Part shown: positions 26,111 to 33,237 of the stretch, piece by piece
Layout: each line of letters opens with the position of its first letter
Numbering within the stretch: position 1 is the stretch's first letter
Virus record (IMG/VR): IMGVR_UViG_3300044466_000032
Span: 1 to 33,237 of that record
From: a virus
Taxonomy: Duplodnaviria > Caudoviricetes
DNA: 33,237 nucleotides
Direction: 5' to 3' (one strand)
The notes under the pieces: model-generated
Seen by the model: the letters and a program-made list of their open reading frames with translations, nothing else
Databases searched by the model: none
What the model was told of the DNA's origin: nothing
Translations under genes and position numbers: made by a program

Positions 26111-27176
26111 CCGGCACCACGCTCACGTCCAGCCGCCGGAACCCCTTGTCATCCACACCGTGATCAGCGGTGACCTCGAACGTCAGGCCCCGATCGAGCA
26201 GGATCTCGGCCGAGCCGGTAATTCCACGCGGCCCGATCTCGCCCATCTCGCCCAACGCCACCGCGCCAGTCCCCTTCGGGGCCTGGATCCGCATAACGAT
26301 CGGCTCACCGTCGGAGCTGGGCATCTCGCGGGCGGTTCGTGCCCAGCGGCCGCCGAAAGCCTCATCGATACGCGGATCGGCCGACGTCGACACATATCCC
26401 TTGTCGCGGAAACGCATACCGGTCAGGTCGGGTCGTTCCCCGGCCATCCAACGTTCGTAGCCCGCGTCCTGTCGGTCGAAATCGTCACTGGTCATGTCGT
26501 CGTTGTGGTAGCCGTCGCCGAACACCGAGTGGCCGCGGTGGATGACCCGCTCGACCTGAACGTCCTCACTCAGCCTGGACCCGGCCATGGTCTGGTCGAT
26601 GTCGGCGATCCGCGCCTCGGTTTCAACGTCGCGTGGACGCATGAACTCCTGCTGCTCCGGCGACAACCTGGAACTCTCCGACGTCGGACCGCGCCGCAGG
26701 TAGCTGTTCGTCGTCTCGTACTCAACGCCCTCGTACTCCGACAGCGCGCGCGCCGAGCCCACACCGTCCGGACCGGACAGCGACTCGCCTTCATAATCGC
26801 CGAAGTGGCCGCGCGGGCCGGGCGTCAGTTTCGCCGGTGTGGCGTCTAGGGCGGCCTGACCGGCGACCCCTCCGCCACCACCTCGGCCGTGGCTGGCCTG
26901 GTTGTGCTTGCCCGGCATGTGCGCGAGGAGGACGTCGAGCCCGGCGGCGGTTTGAATGCTTCCGATCCGGGTGGCGATCTGGTCCATGACCTGGGTTAGG
27001 GCGGTGACCATCGCCAGCTCAGCCCGGTCCTCCCACACAGCCAACTCGGGGTCGGTCAGGCCAACGATCAGCCGCCGCCGGGTGGCGGCAATCAGGGCGC
27101 ACGGCCCGGCGTGTTTCGGGCTGAGACAAAACGGGCAGCCGGTCCACACCTCCCGCACCATCACGGCGGCGGTCAC
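26103..27176 (-). CDS. ADP-ribosyltransferase (VIP2/C3-like, R-S-E clade) effector with both tag motifs
   Basis: Motifs NSYLR, VERVI, KGYVSTS and SAEILLDRG. Cys tag at 27099-27146 and His tag at 26886-26921. Confidence 0.82.
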   Translation of the reverse strand: MTAAVMVREVWTGCPFCLSPKHAGPCALIAATRRRLIVGLTDPELAVWEDRAELAMVTALTQVMDQIATRIGSIQTAAGLDVLLAHMPGKHNQASHGRGGGGGVAGQAALDATPAKLTPGPRGHFGDYEGESLSGPDGVGSARALSEYEGVEYETTNSYLRRGPTSESSRLSPEQQEFMRPRDVETEARIADIDQTMAGSRLSEDVQVERVIHRGHSVFGDGYHNDDMTSDDFDRQDAGYERWMAGERPDLTGMRFRDKGYVSTSADPRIDEAFGGRWARTAREMPSSDGEPIVMRIQAPKGTGAVALGEMGEIGPRGITGSAEILLDRGLTFEVTADHGVDDKGFRRLDVSVVPDG

Positions 27177-27180
27177 AGGG

Positions 27181-28791
27181 TCAGCGCCTGATCGTGTGAC
27201 GGCCGCTGTACCGCCGATGCCCGTTCAACCCCGCACCCGACGCCGCCAACGCCCGACGATCCAGTGCCGCCAAACGGTCGATCGCGAACTCAGCTGACGC
27301 CACCCGGGCAGGGACCGGTGTCGACGACGGAGGTGCCTGCATCGGGCGGGGCGGTTGGGTGTTGGGGCCGGTGGCAGGTGTTGCGGCAGGCACCGGGGAA
27401 GAACCCTCCCCCTGCAATAGCCCTGCGGGGGGTGCCGTAACACCCGCCACCGGAGTCTTTCCCGACAGTTCCGCTACGGCTGTCGGGGCGTGCGTGTCCG
27501 ATCCGGCGACTTTCTTCCAGATCATTTCCTCAAGCTCTTCGGCGGTGGGCTTGTCGCCCTCGTCGAGGCCGAGCTCCCGGCGGAGTGCGGCACCGGTCGC
27601 TTCGAGCCGGTCGTACGCCTTGACGACGGCCTCACCCTTGTCGACCTTCGCGGTGAGTTCGCTGGTGTCGTACCAGACGATGAGTTTCCCGCCGCCCGGC
27701 CCGGTCGGGGACAGGCCGGCAGCTTTCAGCATCGGCTGGAGGTAGGCCTTGGTCACGGCGGAGCAGATCGTTTCGGCCAAGGGTGAGAAGACGATCCGTG
27801 TCTCCTCTTCGGACGCGAGGGCGGCGCCCCAGTGGTTTTGGGTGCCCATGCCGCCGGTGACCCGTTCCCGCGCAACCCCGAGCGTGTCGCCCAGGCGGCC
27901 GAGTTCGTCGGTGCGTTCTTTCAACAGCCATTCGTCGAGCGGGTCGTCAGCTTTGAGGATCTTCCACTTGTCGATCAGTTCACTGGTGAACCGGACCGGA
28001 ATCGGAATACCGGCGGATGCCTGACCGGGGTTCGCGATGTTCTTGCTGGCGATGTCGATGAGCATGGCGACGAACGGGTCCGGGGCCTCCATGTACTGCT
28101 CCGGCACGCTGAACGTGCCTTCCTGCGGAATCAACAACAGGCCGTTCATGGCCAGCCGGCTGACCATCATCGCGATGATCCGCGAATCGATCAGGAAAAT
28201 CCGACGCATGATCGGAACAGCGGCCTCAGCATTGCTGGTCGCCAGCCAGGGCCACTGCGGATCCGGCTCATGAATCCGCATCGGCAAATTGTCGGGGAGC
28301 AGTGTGCGCCACAAAGATTCCCCGACCCGGACCTGGAATGAGTCGCCGAATGCCCGGATCGATTCGGTGGAGTACACGCCCCACTCCGCCGCCGCCAATG
28401 GTGTGTTCGGGTTGTCACGTTCGGCGATCAGCCAACCCTCACCGGGCACCAGCAACTGCGATGTGATCGCTTTCAGGAACGCGGAGTGACCCGGGGCGCC
28501 GCCACAAAACGACTCGACCAGATCAGCGGCGGGGCCTTCCGTGAGGAGTTCCGGTTCGTCACCACCGGGCACGATCTCGGCTGCGTTGAGCCGGATGCGG
28601 GACATGGCCCGGGACATCCAGTCGATGGCCTGGTTGAACTCGCCGAGGGTGCGGCGGAAACCCCACGCTTCGTGTTGCCACGACTGGTAGTGGAAAATGT
28701 TCCCGCCGCGCCACATGTCGGGTGTGTACGGGGTCGCGGCGGCGACCGTGGCGGGTCGGAGGTGGGCGGGCAGACGCCGACTGTCCGGCAT
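27181..28791 (-). CDS. Portal protein
   Basis: 536 aa between the terminase and head genes. Segments WQHEAW, LLVPGEGW, SRLAMNGLLLIPQE, NHWGA and IVWYD; Pro-rich C-terminal tail. Confidence 0.88.
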   Translation of the reverse strand: MPDSRRLPAHLRPATVAAATPYTPDMWRGGNIFHYQSWQHEAWGFRRTLGEFNQAIDWMSRAMSRIRLNAAEIVPGGDEPELLTEGPAADLVESFCGGAPGHSAFLKAITSQLLVPGEGWLIAERDNPNTPLAAAEWGVYSTESIRAFGDSFQVRVGESLWRTLLPDNLPMRIHEPDPQWPWLATSNAEAAVPIMRRIFLIDSRIIAMMVSRLAMNGLLLIPQEGTFSVPEQYMEAPDPFVAMLIDIASKNIANPGQASAGIPIPVRFTSELIDKWKILKADDPLDEWLLKERTDELGRLGDTLGVARERVTGGMGTQNHWGAALASEEETRIVFSPLAETICSAVTKAYLQPMLKAAGLSPTGPGGGKLIVWYDTSELTAKVDKGEAVVKAYDRLEATGAALRRELGLDEGDKPTAEELEEMIWKKVAGSDTHAPTAVAELSGKTPVAGVTAPPAGLLQGEGSSPVPAATPATGPNTQPPRPMQAPPSSTPVPARVASAEFAIDRLAALDRRALAASGAGLNGHRRYSGRHTIRR

Positions 28792-28800
28792 GTGTCACCC

Positions 28801-28844
28801 CCGTGATCACCGGCTTGGTGCTTGCATCGTAGACCGTGATCACC
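28801..28844. promoter_or_regulatory. Candidate operator pair and promoter upstream of portal
   Basis: CCGTGATCACC (palindromic core GTGATCAC) at 28801-28811 and 28834-28844, 33 bp apart, flanking TACGAT (- strand, 28826-28831). Confidence 0.5.
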
Positions 28845-28888
28845 AAACCGCCACCCACGGCGCCGACCGGGGCGGTGATACTCGTGCG

Positions 28889-29170
28889 TTACAGCGTCGG
28901 GCGCGGCAGGCCGAGCGCATCCCACAGGTCCCCGTCGACCACAGCCAACCGACCCCGCTCAAACGCCCGCGCCGCACCAGCCTCACAACCGTGACCGTCA
29001 CCAATCTCCCGCAACCGGTCGGCAACCAGCCGGCGGACATGCGCCTCCACCTCCCGGGCCGCATCCCGATAGCCCGCGTCGTAGCCCTCCGCGTACGGCT
29101 TCGCCGGCCCCGACATCGCCCCAGCGATCGCGGCCGCGACCATCTCCGGATCCGCCTGCCAGCCGCTCAC
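28889..29170 (-). CDS. Hypothetical protein
   Basis: GTGA overlap with the upstream gene; helical with YAEGYDAGYRDA. Confidence 0.6.
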   Translation of the reverse strand: MSGWQADPEMVAAAIAGAMSGPAKPYAEGYDAGYRDAAREVEAHVRRLVADRLREIGDGHGCEAGAARAFERGRLAVVDGDLWDALGLPRPTL

Positions 29171-29574
29171 CGCCGCACCCCCCGCTCAATCTCGGCGTCG
29201 CGGAGCTTGTACCGCTGATCATGCTCCGACTCAACCATCCCCCACACCCCCGACAACCCGGAACCGAGCGCCACAATCAGCCACGGGAACGGGACGCTGA
29301 GACGCCAATCCGCCGCCGCCCACACACTCGCACCCACGTACACGGACATGCACCACGGGCAGGTCCAGATGTAGGCGATGGCATGCCCGATCCCGCCAAG
29401 GCGACGCCCGCCGGTCATCTCACCCTCAACACTGATGATCGCAAACGTCCGAATAAACCACTCCCGGACCGCACGCACGGGCGGGAACTCGTCCACGACC
29501 AGGAGCCGGGTGATCCGCCAGACCGCGAGGACCAAACCCACCGCGAGGACCAGACGCCACCCGCCGTCAGACAT
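29167..29574 (-). CDS. DUF1360-like membrane protein
   Basis: Hydrophobic segments, WRITRLLVVD and CPWCMSVY. Confidence 0.75.
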   Translation of the reverse strand: MSDGGWRLVLAVGLVLAVWRITRLLVVDEFPPVRAVREWFIRTFAIISVEGEMTGGRRLGGIGHAIAYIWTCPWCMSVYVGASVWAAADWRLSVPFPWLIVALGSGLSGVWGMVESEHDQRYKLRDAEIERGVRR

Positions 29575-29839
29575 GAGCTGGCTCCCGCTCAGCCCGAGCC
29601 CGGTCGAACGCCTCCGCCAAACCCGGGACCCTCATCCGAACCGGCCCCTGCACACCCAACGCCTGGGCCGCACGCTGCACCGACCGCGGCGCCAACAAGA
29701 CCCCCCAAATCGGCACCTCCGGCGAATCCATCGACCGGACCGTCCCCGACGCCGGGGTTCCTGCGCCGCAGTGCCGGCGCAGAACGGGGCACATCGAATA
29801 CGGCTGCACCGGCTCCGGCCGCACCCACGACCCGGTCAT
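29567..29839 (-). CDS. Hypothetical protein
   Basis: Fills the gap exactly, with overlaps at both ends (ATGA and ATGTCTGA); no recognisable motif. Confidence 0.5.
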   Translation of the reverse strand: MTGSWVRPEPVQPYSMCPVLRRHCGAGTPASGTVRSMDSPEVPIWGVLLAPRSVQRAAQALGVQGPVRMRVPGLAEAFDRARAEREPAHV

Positions 29840-30159
29840 CCGGTCCTCGCAGCCTGAAGCGCACCGGACATGTCATGCCCAGCCCCAGCCGACAACACCG
29901 CAACCGACTCCTCCGTCAGGCCCGACCAGTGATCCGAGCCAGGAGGCGGCGGCTCAGCGAACGTGACCAACGCCCGCAGGTCCGCAACCGCATAGGAACG
30001 GGTGCCGGCCACGTTCCGCGGCCGGACACCGTGCCGGCGCAACGCCGCCGCGATCGTCCGAACATCCGCGTCCAGCTGCGCGGACAGCAACGCCGACGCC
30101 ACGACCGTCGCGTCATGGGTGCGGGCGAACTCCCTGATCCGAACCGCCAAATCATCCAC
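29836..30159 (-). CDS. Hypothetical protein, possibly HTH DNA-binding
   Basis: GGAGG RBS before GTG. LSAQLDADVRTIAAALRRHGV...RSYAVADL resembles a winged HTH. Confidence 0.55.
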   Translation of the reverse strand: MDDLAVRIREFARTHDATVVASALLSAQLDADVRTIAAALRRHGVRPRNVAGTRSYAVADLRALVTFAEPPPPGSDHWSGLTEESVAVLSAGAGHDMSGALQAARTG

Positions 30160-30373
30160 GTGCGCAACCTCCCCGTTTTGCTGCTCACGCCCATTATGCG
30201 CCCGACAGCCAGCCAGTTACGTCGAGGCCGGCCGCGACGACCAGCACACCTAGCAGAACAGTCGATGCCGCCACGCCACGCAGCCACCTCAAAATGTCCA
30301 CAAGGCCACCCCCCACCCTCGCCCCCGGCTGCTACCGTGCCCAATTGTCCCCACCCCGTATAGAGGACACTGA

Positions 30374-30655
30374 ATGAAAACGATCACCGTGAGCCGCGAC
30401 GAATACGGCGACACCATCCGCACCTGGGCCCAACGCGGCATGCACATCACCGCCCAAAACCACACCTGGACAGTTCTCGAACGGCCGACCAAACCAAAAC
30501 GGACCGTCGGCCGGGCCCTGCTCCTCACCCTGGTCACCGTCGGCCTGTACCCCGTCGCATGGATCGTCTACTGGTTCCTGTTCGCCTGGTGGATCATCCC
30601 GCTCCGCGCCAGCCGCCGCCCGCAACGAATCACGATCACCTACGCCAACTACTGA
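30374..30655 (+). CDS. Small membrane protein, the only credible + strand gene
   Basis: AGAGGA RBS and ATG. Long hydrophobic stretch ALLLTLVTVGLYPVAWIVYWFLFAWWIIPL flanked by basic residues; occupies an otherwise empty gap. Confidence 0.7.
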   Translation: MKTITVSRDEYGDTIRTWAQRGMHITAQNHTWTVLERPTKPKRTVGRALLLTLVTVGLYPVAWIVYWFLFAWWIIPLRASRRPQRITITYANY

Positions 30656-32156
30656 GCAGATCCGTCTCCGCCAACATCCCCGCCCCCGCCATCGACGCAA
30701 ACCCCGACTGCGGCACCGGCAACACCGACAACGCCAAATACACCGACGCATCCAACCGGCCCGGCGACTCCAACGACCCGACCTGCCACGTCGCCCACTC
30801 CGCCTCCACATCCGGCAGATACGCAGCGGTAACGACCCGGCCCTCCTTCCACTGCTGCGCGATCGGCTCCGCCCGCAGCTGCTTGTTCCGGCGCCCCGTC
30901 ACGTCGACGATGCGGGGCACCAGCGGCCCGAACCGGTCGGGGTCCTCACGGCGTAGCGCATCCCACGCCGTCCGCAACGTCAACAACGCCATGTCGCCGC
31001 CAAAGTTCTTTTCGATAATGAACCTGTCCGCATCGGTCTCGACGGCGAGTTCGCACGCGACCCGGGCCCACTGATCCGACGGCATCACCCCCGACCGGTC
31101 ATGCGACAAGTGACACCGGCCATCCTCACCCAGGTACCCGCCGACGATCCCCGCCGTGTCCCGGCCACCACCGGACGGGTCGATCGCGACCGCCACAATC
31201 CGCGGGTTCGAGCAGCCGCCCCGGCCCGGCTCGTAGCAGCGCCGCTCCCGGAGCAACTGCCACGACACGAGGGCGCCCTCGCTTGGCCGCGGGTCGCATT
31301 GCCACAGCGACTGCCAGTCCCGCGCCGACACGGAGCTCTTGAGCGAGTGCCAGTGCTTGAGCAGCGCGACCATGTTGCCCTCAGCAACCTTCGGGTGGGG
31401 GATCGGGTCGCCTTCCTTCCGCCCCAGCGGATCCGTCGCCGGGTTGGTGCATAGGGCGGGGATGACGATGACCCGCCACCGGCCGCCGTTGACCCGGTCG
31501 CCTTCGTCCTGGACCACCCTCGCGCGGAGGTCGTCTTCATGCCACGGCGTTTGGATCATGACGATGGGGCAGCCCGGCGACTGCCGCGACAGGATGTCCG
31601 CCGAGTACCACTCCGCCGTCGAGTCGCGCTTCTTCTTCGAGTCGGCGTCCTGCCGGCCAGCGATCGGGTCGTCGATGAAGATCAGCTCGGCGTCGTGGCC
31701 AGTGATACCCGACCCGACACCCACCGACCTGACACCACCACCGCTCGTGAGCGTCCAGTCCTTCATGCTCGTTGACCCACGATCCAGGAACAGGCCATAC
31801 AACGCCCCGTAGCGCTCCACCAGCCGTCGGATCGCCTTACCCCGACGGACGGCCAGGTCATCGCCGTAGCAACCGACCACGACCCTTGTGGTCGGGTGCA
31901 GGCACAGCCACCAGAACGCCCCCCACTCCACCGCGGTCCGGCTCTTCCCAACCTGAGGCGGGGTGTTGATCAGCAGCCGGTCGAAGTCGCCGTGTTCCAA
32001 TGCGGCCATCTCGTCGCCGATCACCGTCACATGCGCCCTCACCTGGTAGATCTTGTCCAAGTGCGCGGCCAGGGTGACCGGGGTCGCGAGCTCGGGGCGG
32101 GTGCCGTCCGGCGGGTCGAGGACGTCGGCGAGAACGGACCACGTCGTGACGGTCAT
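30636..32156 (-). CDS. terL: Terminase large subunit
   Basis: Walker A PPQVGKS, Walker B LIFIDDP, QTPWHEDD, and nuclease motifs VAIDPSGG, IEKNFGG and RLDA. ATG at 32156 after AAAGGG; the track start at 32204 is also possible. Confidence 0.93.
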   Translation of the reverse strand: MTVTTWSVLADVLDPPDGTRPELATPVTLAAHLDKIYQVRAHVTVIGDEMAALEHGDFDRLLINTPPQVGKSRTAVEWGAFWWLCLHPTTRVVVGCYGDDLAVRRGKAIRRLVERYGALYGLFLDRGSTSMKDWTLTSGGGVRSVGVGSGITGHDAELIFIDDPIAGRQDADSKKKRDSTAEWYSADILSRQSPGCPIVMIQTPWHEDDLRARVVQDEGDRVNGGRWRVIVIPALCTNPATDPLGRKEGDPIPHPKVAEGNMVALLKHWHSLKSSVSARDWQSLWQCDPRPSEGALVSWQLLRERRCYEPGRGGCSNPRIVAVAIDPSGGGRDTAGIVGGYLGEDGRCHLSHDRSGVMPSDQWARVACELAVETDADRFIIEKNFGGDMALLTLRTAWDALRREDPDRFGPLVPRIVDVTGRRNKQLRAEPIAQQWKEGRVVTAAYLPDVEAEWATWQVGSLESPGRLDASVYLALSVLPVPQSGFASMAGAGMLAETDLLSSWRR

Positions 32157-32264
32157 CTCGGTCGCGCACCCTTTCGCCGCAGCGGATTCGGAGGTGCTCG
32201 CCACCCAATTTCCTACCAGTTTGGTCGACTACATCATAGTGACTCTTATGTGTGCCCCCTAAGA

Positions 32265-32921
32265 TCATTCCACGATCTGGCCCGGAATGATCCGCACCTC
32301 ACCCAACGCCCGCAACAACCGGGCGGCCGTCTCCCGCTGCTCCGCCGACAGTGCGAGATCAGGGGACAGGAGCACCCCGGCGAACACCTCGACCTGGGCC
32401 CGAATGTACTCATCCCGCCTGGCTTCAAGCCCCAGCCGAACAATCTCGATCCCCAGCTTCGAGTACCTGTCCCGCTCCTCGTTGAACAGCCTCACCCACA
32501 CGTTCACGCTGGCACGTCTCTTGACGACCTTCGCGGCGACCGGGTTACCGGCCTCGTCGAGCGCGGTCCCTTCGCCCTCGGTGACCTCCGTGACGCCCCA
32601 CGTCAGTTCGCTTTCGGGCAGCGACGCGACTTTCTTTTCGAGGCCGGCGACGATTCCGGCGGTGCGCCAGTATTCTTCGATCAGACCGTCAGCGGGGTCG
32701 ATGTGGCGGGGGATGCCGTACAGGTCTGCCGTCCTTCGGGCCATGATTCGGTGCGCGGCCATGACATGGGTGGGTGTGGATCCCCCGTGGAGCTTGCATC
32801 GACCGATGCCGACATGATTTGTGCCCCAGCCTGCGGGTCTTGTACATGTGCCTTCGGATCCCCGCCGTGGGCCGCCGCATTTTGGCTTGTCACGGTCGGG
32901 GGTGGCCGGTTTGATAGTCAA
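32265..32921 (-). CDS. terS: Terminase small subunit (HGG Zn-finger type)
   Basis: C...C...GRCKLHGGS followed by a helical domain, directly upstream of terL. Start uncertain: TTG 32921 after AGAGGAG, or ATG 32984. Confidence 0.7.
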   Translation of the reverse strand: MTIKPATPDRDKPKCGGPRRGSEGTCTRPAGWGTNHVGIGRCKLHGGSTPTHVMAAHRIMARRTADLYGIPRHIDPADGLIEEYWRTAGIVAGLEKKVASLPESELTWGVTEVTEGEGTALDEAGNPVAAKVVKRRASVNVWVRLFNEERDRYSKLGIEIVRLGLEARRDEYIRAQVEVFAGVLLSPDLALSAEQRETAARLLRALGEVRIIPGQIVE

Positions 32922-33017
32922 GGTCGGTGACGCTCCTCTGCCTCGGCGCGGTGGCGCAGCCAGTCGAGCTGGGCGACCAGCCATGCCGCCGGCCCATGGT
33001 CGCGGTCAGCAGGGCGG

Positions 33018-33236
33018 TTATTCGTCGCCCGCCTTCGGTGGCCGTATGAAGCCTTTACCCATCCGGTCGAAAGCCCGGTCAGGTCGCCGCTCAGCCGCGA
33101 ACCCGTACGTTGCCGGGCCGTCGCTTGGCCGCTCCGCTCCCTCGGTGGCCTTCCATGCGTCGAGGGCCTCGCTCAGGATCTCCCGGACGCTGGTGTTGGT
33201 GTCGCCGCATTCGACGGTGACCTCGCGACCGCCGGC
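33018..33236 (-). CDS. 3' part of a hypothetical protein cut by the window edge
   Basis: Open frame AGGREVTVECGDTN...PPKAGDE ending at TAA (33018-33020), with GC-rich third codon positions; not in the ORF track. Confidence 0.55.
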   Translation of the reverse strand, partial: AGGREVTVECGDTNTSVREILSEALDAWKATEGAERPSDGPATYGFAAERRPDRAFDRMGKGFIRPPKAGDE

Positions 33237-33237
33237 G

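Larger units (their letters stand above)
1..33237 (-). mobile_element. Siphovirus or prophage late region (packaging, head, tail, glycan module); host probably an actinomycete
   Basis: Canonical gene order terminase-portal-protease-capsid-tail-tape measure on one strand, with no sheath gene and high GC. No integrase, att site or lysis gene is in the window, so phage versus prophage cannot be decided. Confidence 0.95.

Noticed and set aside
30185-32245. CATAAT (~30193) and TATGAT (~32234) as - strand promoters
   Set aside because: Plausible -10 hexamers in intergenic gaps, but no properly spaced -35 or other support.
1-33237. CRISPR array, tRNA/rRNA, integrase, lysis cassette, intein, reverse transcriptase/DGR
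   Set aside because: None seen. The only clear repeats are short coding tags and two intergenic pairs, with no regular repeat-spacer structure.

Overview
The whole window is the late (virion) region of a high-GC siphovirus or prophage, most likely of an actinomycete. Almost all genes lie on the - strand and are tightly coupled by ATGA/GTGA overlaps. Read right to left, the order is: small and large terminase, one counter-oriented membrane gene, four small genes, portal, a six-gene head-associated cassette, prohead protease, two capsid proteins (hexamer-like and pentamer-like), major tail, head-tail connectors, tail chaperone with a likely -1 frameshift, tape measure, three minor tail proteins, a six-gene glycan module and a hairpin terminator. 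Two systems stand out. (1) Between portal and protease lie four enzymatic effectors: an ADP-ribosyltransferase, a MuF-fused HipA/PI3K-like kinase, a GNAT acetyltransferase and a zincin peptidase. They share two short repeated peptide tags (WxGCxxCLxPxHAGPC and H[ML]PGKH[DN]QxSHG), and each effector is followed by a small domain that may be its antidote, which suggests a daisy-chained, capsid-delivered effector array. (2) At the end of the structural operon are four glycosyltransferases, an NDP-sugar C-methyltransferase and a GDP-mannose 4,6-dehydratase, which suggests virion glycosylation with a phage-made branched deoxysugar. All calls come from reading motifs and gene order by eye; no database search was run.
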